A DNA stretch of 64,000 nucleotides from Sedimentisphaeraceae bacterium JB056 (GTDB lineage: Bacteria; Planctomycetota; Phycisphaerae; Sedimentisphaerales; Sedimentisphaeraceae), in the NCBI GenBank assembly GCA_044440125.1, contig JBITAJ010000015.1, positions 64,001 through 128,000 of the forward strand, in the 5' to 3' direction. This document shows, piece by piece, positions 28,501 to 38,700 of the stretch. The translations under genes were made by a program, and so were the position numbers. How positions within the stretch are numbered: position 1 is the first letter of the stretch; each line of letters starts with the position of its first letter. The notes below the pieces were generated by a model that was not told the DNA's origin, made no database searches, and saw only the letters and a program-made list of their open reading frames with translations.

Positions 28501-30716
28501 GCATCCTGCTGATCGGCATACATTCCACCTTTTGTATGAGCTTGGGGCACGCACATTAAGTGGTGCAGGAAATTATGTTTCAGCAGGTTGTCGTATGTCC
28601 ACAGGTCGGCTGCCCAATAAATTGCACCGCCATCGCCTTCTTCAATCTGGACATTGAATATTTCATTTTGTTCTATTTCGTTTTCACAACCTGTAGCTGT
28701 CATAACCTGACCAATAAAGTTGTGGACGAGGTTGTTTTTGAATATATTCCCTACGCCGTCAATATTAATGCTGCCGTAAAAATCTTTTGCCTGAATTTGT
28801 GTGAAGTGGCAGTTTTTAACGTAATTACCTGCTGCAGTAATAGTGTTTGGATCATGTACGCCGCCATCAAGTCTGACATGACTGCCGAGGTCGTACAAGT
28901 CGCAGCTAAGCATGCCGTTTTCTGTTCCTCCGGTGAAGTAAACGCCATATCTTGAACAGTTTCTTATTGTACTTCCCTTGATGCTGTTGTATGAGCCACC
29001 GTTAAAATGTATTACGCCTGTACCTGATGTTACGCCCTGTACAGTTATTCCTTCGATGTTTACATATGAACACTCATTCAGTTCAATAAGCCCCGGGCCA
29101 GCCCATACACCAAGTTCTGTTGAAGAATCCATTGTTTCGAGAGGGTAGATGAAAAGCTCATCATTAGCTTCATCATAATACCATTCTCCTGGAGCATCAA
29201 GTTCGCAAAGCAATTCATAGAACGCGATTCTGCGTGGAATGTCTTCCACGTCTATCATTCCATACCTGCTGTGTTCAAGAAGCTGTATTGTTCCATCAGA
29301 GGCTATGTCTGCAATGGTGTGGCTTTCTTTATACCAGTCATAAGACATATAACCTGTTATGCGGGCTTGCTGAGCGTTGCTGAATTCTGTATACCAATTA
29401 CCACTGGTTGTTTCAGAGATTTTGAATTCGGCTCCTATAGGATTTGTCATGCTGTATGTTGGTGCAGGTGGAAGGTCACGTCCTTCTGCCCAGATTGTTC
29501 CAGAGTCAACTATTTGTGATACATGGGCATAGCCAACGTTTGGAAAACGTGATACTCCGCACATCGTACCGTTGAAGGTTATATAGGCACCGTTTTGTGA
29601 AAGGGCGGTTTGTAAGTTGCTATCAGTTATAGAAGCACTGTACACATTGCCACGAGCTGAGGTGCAAAGCCTGTCAAGGTCTGCCTGTGCGGTTACTTCT
29701 GAAAAGTCAGTAGCGTCAAGCATAAGACTGCCGTCAAAAATCACAGTTTCACCACTGTATGGCTTGATTGTTACCGGTTTTCCGGATTCTCCTGATTCGG
29801 TAGAGTTGATGTATGTTGTTCTGTCAAAGTAATATGTGCCGCCTCGCAGATGAACATCAATTCCGCCTGTTGGTAATCCTGATTCATTTTTAATATCTCT
29901 TATTTTGCTTAAAGCCCCCTCTAATGTATTGACAGGTGAAGCTATTGTGCCGAGGTTGTAATCTTTTCCGGTTGTAGAGACATATATATCTGATACTGAA
30001 GTTAATGCGGAGTTATAATCTTTTACATAAGCATTGTCGATATATGTTCCAAGTACACCGCTGCCGCCTCTAAAATTCATTCGATTGGCCGTTGATACTT
30101 CTGTATCTACGTCGGTTCTGCCTGTATCGAAATTGGAAATTCCAGTTGGTATCTCTATGCCGCCTCTTGAAAGATTGTAGACATTGATAGTAGCATATTC
30201 GAAATCTGTTCCGGTAAGCCTCAGTGTCACTCTTAACCAGTCGCCTTTTTCCCAGTATGGACCGTAGTATGTGGCTGAGGCAAAGTTGTTGCCATAATAA
30301 GTTGTGCCACTTTCTCCTGCAGGGCGAATTGCGATGTAGCCGCTTGAGAAACCAACGCTTGGGAAGTAGGTTGTTGAACTTCTCAAATACATTCGCGTAT
30401 TAACTAAGGATGTCTGGTCTTCACGTATATCAAAACCGTACTCAACTCCATCACTGTTTGAAGGGTCGAGTAAAAAATTTACGCCGCTTGAATCATGACG
30501 AGTTGTTTTGTCATCGTATGTGTTTGACCATAGCGATCTGCCGCCGGTATAGTTGGAATCGGTCGTGGTTGCAACCACATTAAATCCAGTATTGGCTTCC
30601 CAGCTTTCCTGGCTTGTCAGGGTGCCAATTGAGAACGTATCGAAGTCCTCATTGAACCCGCCGCAACATATATTAACAACCAATAATACACTTAATAGAA
30701 ACAGTAATTGTTTCAT
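25542..30716 (-). CDS. Large secreted multidomain protein: unrecognised ~215-aa domain + GH141-like beta-helix + Fn3-like + two Gly-rich repeats
   Basis: Signal peptide; IYVSTTGKD...LRGGTYY, SRFPN, ELDAPGEWYYD, DGGAIY; LSWDD..YDVYFGT..YYWAVD..VWSFST; duplicated Gly-rich C-terminus. Confidence 0.85.
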   Translation of the reverse strand: MKQLLFLLSVLLVVNICCGGFNEDFDTFSIGTLTSQESWEANTGFNVVATTTDSNYTGGRSLWSNTYDDKTTRHDSSGVNFLLDPSNSDGVEYGFDIREDQTSLVNTRMYLRSSTTYFPSVGFSSGYIAIRPAGESGTTYYGNNFASATYYGPYWEKGDWLRVTLRLTGTDFEYATINVYNLSRGGIEIPTGISNFDTGRTDVDTEVSTANRMNFRGGSGVLGTYIDNAYVKDYNSALTSVSDIYVSTTGKDYNLGTIASPVNTLEGALSKIRDIKNESGLPTGGIDVHLRGGTYYFDRTTYINSTESGESGKPVTIKPYSGETVIFDGSLMLDATDFSEVTAQADLDRLCTSARGNVYSASITDSNLQTALSQNGAYITFNGTMCGVSRFPNVGYAHVSQIVDSGTIWAEGRDLPPAPTYSMTNPIGAEFKISETTSGNWYTEFSNAQQARITGYMSYDWYKESHTIADIASDGTIQLLEHSRYGMIDVEDIPRRIAFYELLCELDAPGEWYYDEANDELFIYPLETMDSSTELGVWAGPGLIELNECSYVNIEGITVQGVTSGTGVIHFNGGSYNSIKGSTIRNCSRYGVYFTGGTENGMLSCDLYDLGSHVRLDGGVHDPNTITAAGNYVKNCHFTQIQAKDFYGSINIDGVGNIFKNNLVHNFIGQVMTATGCENEIEQNEIFNVQIEEGDGGAIYWAADLWTYDNLLKHNFLHHLMCVPQAHTKGGMYADQQDAGDIFSENVFYKAAHRAILLNGGAGHSVINNVFLDGYIGVYQTESYAQDAYDDLAHYDAGDPGYTRGDVGDYIWRTEQVVGVEGWKYNPWDIAYPLFKTVMNQTGTDGRMWPIECNFDDNMFYGNTNNFEWRYSWSSATNDISTVSMVSASDNRDIAMSVFTDPNCLNFEFASPAPTWAPDIPFEDIGLYTDSYRISMPIKDKYRKVIKDHWSNRESYDASATYNTSTINDLLYYNTGEVLTRKSATNPNPDVNDIVNITSTLSWDDSVWADSYDVYFGTNLTDVTNGTGETYQGNVSTASYSSISLSPDTTYYWAVDTIDPNSNVIAVGEVWSFSTNENVVITSSDTIAFDTSAGTYSINSGSAVSGSIANGIATYSFNDLNIQSGSTVTVTGTNAIKLVAAEDIDISSSIDVSGADAITGITGASASPGGGAGGDGGTANTGLGSAGSGSGAGQPSSKYYQAGGGGGFGGSGGDGHLQDNYGGAGGSTYGDITVSTLQGGSGGAGGGGNSGGGGAGGAGGGAIKIVAGQDISINADINADGGDGGYNTTISYRGGAGGSGGAIVLDAGNSVTIASNITLSANGGDGGDLYKVGSGGGGGGGGRIAIAAASLIVAGTTQDVGNIDSLTAFEVNGGIGGDVSDLDPTRKGDDGSDGTAYSSGKAVTVTSSDNIAFDTTNGTYSINSGTNVDGNVAGSIATFYFGDLDIQSGSTVTVTGVNPLILRASGNVDIDGTIDVSGNDSTSGGTGAAGVLGGSSGGNGGAANSGLGANGSGSGGGTASTADWNAGGGGGFGGLGGQGAYNASYGGAGGSTYGNLTVSTLQGGSGGAGGGGNAGGGGAGGAGGGAIKIDADGDITITGTINATGGDGGYNTVISYRSGAGGSGGAIVLESASDVVINANALLNVDGGDGGVSYKPGCGGGGGGGGRIAIIADTLIVNGVSQSTGTLSGLSQLSSTGGAGGEASTYEASRRGSAGSAGTIYYTN
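25545..27480 (-). repeat. Intragenic tandem duplication of a ~324-aa Gly-rich unit
   Basis: CCTTGCAGGGTTGAGACTGTAA at 26029 and 27001 (period 972 nt); both units start V(I/T)TSSDxIAFDT and share STLQGGSGGAGGGG and GGSGGAIVL. Confidence 0.9.
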
Positions 30717-30812
30717 TATTTATCTCCTTATTTAGGTGAAACTCTTTCTATATCTTCTGCAGCTTCCTTGTAACATCGTAAGGAAACTATTACATTACAT
30801 ACGCACCTATTA

Positions 30813-30896
30813 TCAACACCAACATGGTAAAGCCGGTGGAGGTATGCCGGTTATCTGCGCGAACCGGTGCTGTGAAGACTTAGGGTAAATAGTCAC
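30813..30896 (-). CDS. Possible 27-aa leader peptide (MTIYPKSSQHRFAQITGIPPPALPCWC)
   Basis: AGGAGG 8 nt upstream of GTG; lies in the leader of the 1724-aa gene. Confidence 0.35.
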   Translation of the reverse strand: MTIYPKSSQHRFAQITGIPPPALPCWC

Positions 30897-31179
30897 TATT
30901 AATTCCTCCTATAAATCTTTTAGGTTGTTCAGTGAAGTGAGGCAGTGGAGATTATTTATCAAAATTATTTTTATATAATTTCAGTTATGCGTTTATTTTT
31001 TCTAATGTAATCAAACAGCTCTTGGCGTCATTTGACATTAGTGTTATACCGTAGTGTTTTTATCTTCAGGTGTTAGGCCTGCTGCTCCGATCAGCTCTGC
31101 TGTGAGTGTAGATTTCTTCTCAGTAAAATTCTGAATGGTTTGCAGGCAGGTATTATTTACGATTTTTGCGCATAAATAA

Positions 31180-31209
31180 CACTCATTGCCGAATGAACGG
31201 CAATGAGTG
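31180..31209 (-). terminator. Stem-loop/terminator downstream of GH2 gene
   Basis: Perfect 12-bp stem CACTCATTGCCG / CGGCAATGAGTG followed by TTATTT on the minus strand. Confidence 0.7.
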
Positions 31210-31277
31210 CTCAGAACAAATTTTGTTTGTTAGTCCGATAAGTTTCCTCCTTAAAAAAACTTCGGGTTTATTATGTT

Positions 31278-34200
31278 TCAGGACACAAGCATCCCTTTAT
31301 TTTTTATATTGTCGCATTGTAGGCCTAAGAGCCTCATTGCGAACATTTTAGCCGTTGGGTTTGTAGAGGTTCTTCCGGCAATATTCAGTTGATTAACTAT
31401 GAAGGAACCTTTGCCGTGTTTCTTCTCTCCGCAAGCAATAACCTGACACCAGTTTGAGTTGTCATCAGCGTTTCCGGCGTTAAGTATCGGCTTGATATCG
31501 TCACCAGTAAATGTCGTCTCTACTACCGGAGATATCATATCGGCTGACGGATCGTACCAATAGTTGAAATCGAATTCTTTGAATCCTTCAACCAGTTCAT
31601 GGTTTGTTTTTCTTGATACGAAATGAAGCGGATTGAATCGGCTGCTTTTGACATCTATAATGCTTCCGGCTATATCGTACTTGTCTTCATTGACAAGCCC
31701 CATGAAAATAGCAGTGGCACCATTTGATACCATTGTGTCTATCTGTTTCTTGTTATCAAGATAATCAGTGTAGTCACTTATTATTATAATATCACTGTTT
31801 CCTAACGGTACATTTTTCAAACCTATTTCATTCGCCAGCTTTTTGCCGGGGCCGTTATGTCCGATTACCGAGACTTCTGTATCAGGAATTTCTATTTGCG
31901 GGAATACTTCAATGTCAGCATAATTATCATTCACCAACTTACCATTGTTGTCAATGATAGCGATTTGAAGTTTCATTTCCTGTCTGTTATCAATTTCAGG
32001 GGCATCAATTTCTATATATCCCTGGAATGTGCTTTTGCACGCTTCTATTTTAGCATCAGCTTTCTGCGAGAAAATGATTTCACCATTACATTCGAGCTGG
32101 TAATGCAGTGTTAAGGATTCTTGTGTCTGAGGCTTGTCGTTTGATATCCATGCCTCAAAACGCATTTTTTCGCCTGAGAAGAATTTTGTCCTGTCGGTTC
32201 GGATTGTCGGCAAGATTGGAGCCAAAGCACTTCTGTAAGCGAAATAACCCTTTTTAGGATTGCGTTCACAGTCCATTATTGTTTTCATCCAGCCTGAGGG
32301 GAAGGCATCTATAAACAAATGCACGGCAAAGGTTACCATACGGTTGTCTCTTCTGAACGCTTCTGTCAGAATTTTAAGTGAACGAGCCTGATGCTGTTGG
32401 CTGGCTTCTATCCAGTCTTTGAGCGAATTACGCGTGTCAAAGAAGAAGTAGTGGAACATTCCTGTCTGAGCCTTGAATATTTTTGAAGGCGTCCAGTTCT
32501 TTTCCTGTTCCTCACTTTGAGGAAGCCAGCTTGTCGGATAGTACTTCCTCATGATTTCCGCGGATTCAAGACCTTCAGCCCCAAATTCACCGCATCCGTA
32601 GTACCAGTCAGGTTTGGTTGGTTGCCAGTGGCCTTTTATCAGCATTCCTATGTCAAGTCCCTGCCCGTTGTACCATGTGGTGTAGCAGTGACGATCCTGA
32701 ATGCCTGCGGCAGGAGGATCGTAGTCGCCGTCGCATGGTTTTATAACGCGGTCGGGATTAAGGTGATGAACTATATCGTCAGCGGCACGGAAGAAGTCTT
32801 CCATTTCATTTCTGCTTATGTTACGATGAGGCTTGTTTTTTCCGTTAGGGAACGGCTCGTTTATATAGCTCATCATAATGTTGCAGGGATGGCTTCTTAC
32901 GAGTTTTTCAACCTCCGCAACTTGCCTTAGGGCTTCGTTGTACTGTGTTCTGGTGATACAGCCGAATGTCGGCAGGTCGCTTTGCGTCATAAGTCCGAGC
33001 ATGTCACAGTAATCGTAAATTTCCTGCTGTACCGGACGCTGGGTCAGACGCAGGAAGTTCATGTTGCATATCTTGGCCAAAAGAATATCGTCAATAAGCT
33101 GGTCAAAATCTTTTTTGAATACGCATTGCTGCTCATGTCCCATTGTATTGGCACCTCGCAGGCGTATAGGTTTTTCATTGAAATACAGTTGGCCTTTGGG
33201 ATCGCTGTTTTCGTCCATACGGAAGCTGCGCATTCCAAAATGCCCCTCTGAGGCATCTATTAGATTACCTTCATTGTCGATAACTTCAACATGAAGCTGG
33301 TAGAGCCATGGCGTCTCAAGTGACCATATATTAGGGTTTTCAATATCAAATGACACATTGAAGCTGTTCTTCCCACGTTCCACAAATAGTGGTATTGGCT
33401 TGTTGTATGTGCCGTCAGCTTTGGCAAAGGCAATATTGAGGTCGTCATTGAGACCGCTGATATTGTTGCTTGAAGGTTTGTATACAAGACCTTCGAAAAT
33501 GGTTTTCTTAAAGTTTCGTCCATAGAGGCTGAGTCTAAGATCTACGGCCTTTTCTCCGATATCACAGCTATGAAGTTCTATATTTGCCTGAGCTGATTTT
33601 TCGGTAAGAAGAGGGCGTACGAAGATATCGCTTACGAAGATTTTGGGCCGAAATTCTACGTAAACATCCTGATATATACCCATGCCGGGCGGGCAGTGAT
33701 GCCATCCATAGTATGGCTCATCGTATCCAAGGCCGGTGGCGGCATATATTTTCTCGCCGCAATGCGTACCGTTCCAGGCGTTGTTGCTGCCCATTATGAA
33801 GTCGTTTTCGACTTTTACTACAAGCGTATTTTCCCCAACACATGCACAACCGGTGAAATCAAACTCAAAAGGAGCGAAAAAACCTTCATGCGATCCGAGA
33901 TATGTGCCATTAATGAATACATGGGCCTTGTAATCAACGCCCTTGAAATGTATGAAAGCGGCTCCGGTGTCAAGTTGCTCTTGTGTAATATTAAATGAAG
34001 TTCTGTAATAAGTAACTGCAAGACCGAGTGGTTCGCCATAGTGGGGAACGTTTACCTGTTCCCATTGCCCATCACCTGAAAGCACTGACAGGAAATTCTT
34101 TTTATCGTTTTCAGTCTCTACCCGCCAGTCAAATTCGGTAAGCCCGATTTTTTTTCGAGTATCTTTGATCGCAGGTGCATGGTTTTGCATGAAGGGCTTA

Positions 34201-34412
34201 TACTGCTGTCTGCGTTTTTCCAGTTCGGTCGAGAGTTTTTCTGCGTTATCTATATGTTCAGCAGGCGAAAAAGCCGCATCCGCATCATTTTCTGAAGGAA
34301 GATATTTTTCTTCAAGCTTTACAGGTGTCGGTTCGACCAGCTGTTTGTCTCTGTATGAAATACGTTGGGAGGCTATATCTGCAAAGACATCGTTTTTTTT
34401 GTTCTGATCCAT
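31278..34412 (-). CDS. Glycoside hydrolase family 2-like protein, no signal peptide
   Basis: HFKGVDYKAHVFINGTYLGSHEGFF, GIYQDV, WSLETPWLY, FGMRSF, LRGAN, RSHPC...INEP (acid/base), GEFGAEG (nucleophile). Confidence 0.85.
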   Translation of the reverse strand: MDQNKKNDVFADIASQRISYRDKQLVEPTPVKLEEKYLPSENDADAAFSPAEHIDNAEKLSTELEKRRQQYKPFMQNHAPAIKDTRKKIGLTEFDWRVETENDKKNFLSVLSGDGQWEQVNVPHYGEPLGLAVTYYRTSFNITQEQLDTGAAFIHFKGVDYKAHVFINGTYLGSHEGFFAPFEFDFTGCACVGENTLVVKVENDFIMGSNNAWNGTHCGEKIYAATGLGYDEPYYGWHHCPPGMGIYQDVYVEFRPKIFVSDIFVRPLLTEKSAQANIELHSCDIGEKAVDLRLSLYGRNFKKTIFEGLVYKPSSNNISGLNDDLNIAFAKADGTYNKPIPLFVERGKNSFNVSFDIENPNIWSLETPWLYQLHVEVIDNEGNLIDASEGHFGMRSFRMDENSDPKGQLYFNEKPIRLRGANTMGHEQQCVFKKDFDQLIDDILLAKICNMNFLRLTQRPVQQEIYDYCDMLGLMTQSDLPTFGCITRTQYNEALRQVAEVEKLVRSHPCNIMMSYINEPFPNGKNKPHRNISRNEMEDFFRAADDIVHHLNPDRVIKPCDGDYDPPAAGIQDRHCYTTWYNGQGLDIGMLIKGHWQPTKPDWYYGCGEFGAEGLESAEIMRKYYPTSWLPQSEEQEKNWTPSKIFKAQTGMFHYFFFDTRNSLKDWIEASQQHQARSLKILTEAFRRDNRMVTFAVHLFIDAFPSGWMKTIMDCERNPKKGYFAYRSALAPILPTIRTDRTKFFSGEKMRFEAWISNDKPQTQESLTLHYQLECNGEIIFSQKADAKIEACKSTFQGYIEIDAPEIDNRQEMKLQIAIIDNNGKLVNDNYADIEVFPQIEIPDTEVSVIGHNGPGKKLANEIGLKNVPLGNSDIIIISDYTDYLDNKKQIDTMVSNGATAIFMGLVNEDKYDIAGSIIDVKSSRFNPLHFVSRKTNHELVEGFKEFDFNYWYDPSADMISPVVETTFTGDDIKPILNAGNADDNSNWCQVIACGEKKHGKGSFIVNQLNIAGRTSTNPTAKMFAMRLLGLQCDNIKNKGMLVS

Positions 34413-34463
34413 ATTAAATATGTTTCCTGGGTTTTACTAAAATTGTTATATATGATTGAGTTA

Positions 34464-34491
34464 ATTTTAGCGGTAAAATGCTATATGTCAA
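34464..34491 (-). promoter_or_regulatory. Sigma-70 promoter for GH2 gene, overlapped by CG-centred palindrome
   Basis: TTGACA, 16 nt, TAAAAT on the minus strand; ATTTTAGCGGTAAAAT (34464-34479) is a near-palindrome. Confidence 0.55.
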
Positions 34492-34596
34492 GGGAATTTA
34501 GCTGTTTTGTGGGTGTTTTGTGAGTAAAATGGCTAAATTTACTAAAGTTTAGTGGTTTTTTAGTTAAAATAAAGTTGTTGTTTTTTTAATAAATCA

Positions 34597-34625
34597 TTGA
34601 CATGCTTCTTTTGTTGTGTTATATT
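34597..34625 (+). promoter_or_regulatory. Sigma-70 promoter (extended -10) for LacI/locus 2 operon
   Basis: TTGACA, 17 nt including TGn, TATATT. Confidence 0.72.
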
Positions 34626-34654
34626 TATTGTAGATTCTGAAAGGATTATTTACC

Positions 34655-35710
34655 ATGAGTATAGCAAAAGTAGCAGAGATTGCAGGTGTATCAAACACTA
34701 CAGTTTCCTTTGTAATCAACGGCAAGCCGGGAATATCTCAGGATACAGTTGATAAGGTTTGGGATGCAATACGTAAAACAGGTTATGTGCCTCGTGGCAG
34801 TGGCGGAGCTAAGAAGGTCTCTGGAGCTGATTCTCCGGGCTTGAAAACCAGGAATATCGGCATTCTTATGCCTGAAGGTGTTATGAGTACTATTCCTTTT
34901 TATGCGCGTCTTTTCGAGGCTATTCATAAGGAGCTTGATAAACGTAACCTTAATATGTCGCCTATACGCTGCGGCAATGCTTCAGATCTCTCCAGGTCAT
35001 CTTTTAATGATCTTGACGGTCTCTTTCTCTGCAATTATCTAAAGAACATTACTGACTTGATTTCGTTTCCTTTTGTGACAATTCTTGGTCATCCCGATGT
35101 GGAAGATAAACTCAATGCCGATCATATAGAACCAGCCAATGACAAAATAGGCGTGATGGCGGCTTCTTATCTTGTAAACCGCGGTCATAAGAAAGTTCTT
35201 TCGATCAATCCCTCTACGACTTCCCATCCTGCTATGATCACGCGATGCCAGTATTTCACCGATTATGTTGCCAAAAAGGGGGGGGGAGCGGAGTTTATGG
35301 AGCTTTCGTTCACAGAACGCGATAAATATGGCAGGCTGCGTGACGGCATGAGTGTCAATAACGTAAGAGAATTCGTGCTGGATTTCAAGAATCGTAAAGA
35401 CCGTCCCACGGCGATATTTATTCCCTGCGACTCGCATATGGTAATAGTGCAGAAGGCTTTTGCGGCAGAGGGCATTAATCCCGGTGAGGATGTTGAATTC
35501 GTGGGATGTAACAATGAGTCTATACTGCTTGACGGTATGGAGCCTCGTCCTACGACGATAGATATTAATCCGCAAGCTATGGCAAGAGCCGCTTTGGTGG
35601 CTCTGCTTCAAAGAATAAAATACCCAGACAGTTACGATGATATATATAAGGTGGTCAGTATTGAACCGTCTCTTGTACTTCATGGTGCCGGTGTCAGGGG
35701 AAAATGGTGA
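34655..35710 (+). CDS. LacI-family transcriptional regulator
   Basis: SIAKVAEIAGVSNTTVSFVING, GHKKV, RPTAIF, PTTIDIN. Confidence 0.93.
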   Translation: MSIAKVAEIAGVSNTTVSFVINGKPGISQDTVDKVWDAIRKTGYVPRGSGGAKKVSGADSPGLKTRNIGILMPEGVMSTIPFYARLFEAIHKELDKRNLNMSPIRCGNASDLSRSSFNDLDGLFLCNYLKNITDLISFPFVTILGHPDVEDKLNADHIEPANDKIGVMAASYLVNRGHKKVLSINPSTTSHPAMITRCQYFTDYVAKKGGGAEFMELSFTERDKYGRLRDGMSVNNVREFVLDFKNRKDRPTAIFIPCDSHMVIVQKAFAAEGINPGEDVEFVGCNNESILLDGMEPRPTTIDINPQAMARAALVALLQRIKYPDSYDDIYKVVSIEPSLVLHGAGVRGKW

Positions 35711-35745
35711 TTTCATAATTTTAATACTTTTTTCAAGGAGCTGTA

Positions 35746-38700
35746 ATGAAAAAGATGTTATTAATGATCGTCGCGGTTATCGTATTGGGTACGTCAGCCC
35801 ACGCCGCATTCAATGAGGATTTTGACACATTCTCTCTCGGTGCATTAACTGCACAGGAAAGCTGGGAGGCGCATGCTACCGTAACGGTTGAAACTACTGC
35901 GACAAGTGGTGAATACACCGGCGGCAGGGCGCTTAAGACTAATTCAACCGGTGATGAATGGCCTCGCCATGATTCAACAGGTGTTGCCCTTGGTCTTACG
36001 CTTGATCAGGACGGTATTGAATACGGTTTCGATGTAAGGGAAGATAATACTTCTGCCGTGAGTGCATATCTCTTTATGCGTCAGGGACGTACTGCTAACT
36101 ACGGTGCGGCAGTTGGTCTTGGTGGAGGCTATTTTGCCATTCGTCCGAATGCTACCAGTGGCGATACTATTACCGGTAACTGGGTAGGAGCCGATGGTGG
36201 AGCGTATTGGGAAAAGGGTGACTGGTTAAGAATAAAAATAAGGCTAACCGGTACAAATTTCAGTACAGCAACTGTTTACTGCTATAATCTGACAAAGAGT
36301 ATCGATGTTCCTACCGGGATTACAGGTTATGATACAGGTATTAATTATCTTTCAAAGGCTGCTTCATGGACAGGTTTAAATTTAAGGCTGACTTTAAGTA
36401 CAGGAACTTATGTTGACAATCTTTATATTGAAGATTACACTGCACCTGTAGCACCTACACCTTCAATGTATATTGAAGATTTTGAGTCAGAAACTCTTGG
36501 TTCAATAAATCAAACAGGTTGGCGTGATAATGCTCCTGCAGTAACAATTGTATCAACCTCAGACAGTGGTGAGTATGTCGGTGGAGCTCAGGCTATGAAG
36601 TCTGGTTCTACGGGTGATGAGTGGCCTCAGTATGCATTAGACAGATTTGTTGATCCTGGTTTGCAGGTTGGCACTTTTGACGGTATTGAAATGGGTTTTG
36701 ATTTCAGAGAAGACAATACCTCGCTTGCAAGCTGCAGAATGCACTTCAGAGTTGATGTAACTAGTTCTTACAGTCCTGCTTTCGGTCTTAATGTTGGCAA
36801 TTTCGCCATCAGAGAAAATGGTGACGGCGGTACTACACATACCGGTAATGCTATTGGAAGCGCCGGTGCGAGCCTGTGGGAAAAAGGTGACTGGGTAAGA
36901 TTGACTCTTGTATTGACAGGTACTTCTTACAGTCGTGCAACTCTTTACGCTTACAACCTTGATAAAGGTGTTGAGATTCCTACAGGTCTTGAGAGTGTTT
37001 CTCTTGCTGTTAGTCCTCAAATCAATGCTGCAGATTGGTCTCGTCTTGTATTCAGGATGGGTAACTCATCAGGTACTTACGTAGATAATGCTTATGTTAC
37101 TGATTATGTGAATACAAATGTACTTGCAGAAAATCCAACTCCTGCAGATGGCGAGTATCCTGTAGCTATTTCAGGCGGCGTAACTCTCAGTTGGGACGGC
37201 GCACCTTCTGCTGATTCTCACAAGGTTTATTTCGGAACTGCCTCAGATGAACTTACTCTGGAAACAGATACAACCTCTGAGTCTTATCTGCTTCCTTATA
37301 CCCTTGAAAAAGGTGTTACATACTACTGGCGTATAGATGAAGTTATTGCCGGTGTTGACAATGAAGGTATGGTTTGGTCGTTTACTACAGAGCTTGGCGA
37401 TTTGAATTATCCTCGCAGAATGGCTTATGAAGGCTTTGATTATGATCAGTATGTTGCGTTAAAAAACACTTCCAATGGTGGTTTTGGCTGGGAAACAAGC
37501 TGGGAACGTTCTGCAGGCGGCTGGTGCTACCTCAATGTAGGTCCTGGAAGTCTTACTCCTGCTATGGATTACCTGCTTGGTACAAATGGCAACCGTATTC
37601 AGCATCCTGCTTCTACTGCTAATGACGGTATGAGAGAGCTCAGCTATCCAATTGATGCGAGAGCTGATCAGGATTACTATATCAGCTATCTTGCTATGGG
37701 TGAATATGATGGGTATAATCAGGTTAATTTCGCTGTTTATGAATCTAAGAGCGGTGCTTATTTATTCCAGAACCACATGTTCTATACCGGTTATTCCGGC
37801 ATAACATCTCCTCAATTTGCGTTGAGAGACCCAAGCGGCGCATGGAATAACAAACTTTACGGTTCATGGGCATCAGATGAAGTTTATGTTGTAGTTGTTA
37901 AAATCAGTGCTACAGCAACCGGTGATGATACTGTTTCTGTAAGCGTATTTGATGCAACTAATCCGCTTCCTGCTACAGAACCGACTGTCTGGGATGAATC
38001 GTTTACTACACAGAGTGACAAGGTTTATCCATGGATATCTATATCAGGTCGAAGTGATGCTTATGACCTTTGGAATATGGACGAAATACATGTAGGAACA
38101 GGCTGGGGAGCTGTAACAGGTTGGGCTGAAGCCTGTGGTGATTTCGGTACTCTAATGGCTTATGATCTTAATGAGGACTGTTATGTAGATCTTGGCGATT
38201 ATGCTTTAATGGCGTCAGATTGGTTTAAGTCAACAGATCCTTCTGTTGAAGGCAGCGAGTGGGTAATTGAGGATAATGATCCTAACTTTACTACACTGTT
38301 TACTGATCTTGATGCTTCTCAGTTAAATGTTTATGAGACAGATACTGTAACAGTTGACGGCAATCTCAGTGAATGGTCAAGCTCTCGCTGGTATAACACT
38401 CTGTTTACTTCAGGTTATCAGACAACAAGTGTAAGTGATGTAACAGATGCAGAAGTTGCTTTGAAATGGGATCCTGCTAATCCTGATACCGTTTATATGG
38501 CACTTAAAGTAACAGATACTAACCAGAGTTTTGCTGCTACTCCTGATGCCTGGAATGCAGGCGATAATATCGAAATACGTTTCAGCGTAAACGATACATC
38601 AAGCAGTGAAACATGGCTTGATAATGAGACTTTCGATACTGCACAGTATTATCAGATATTCCCACAGACCGGTGGTTTCTACGCGAACCTTGGTCCTATC

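Noticed and set aside
31183..31252. Strong TAAGGAGG on the minus strand after the GH2 gene
   Set aside because: It is followed by ATC rather than a normal start and only 18 codons running into the hairpin; at most a remnant.
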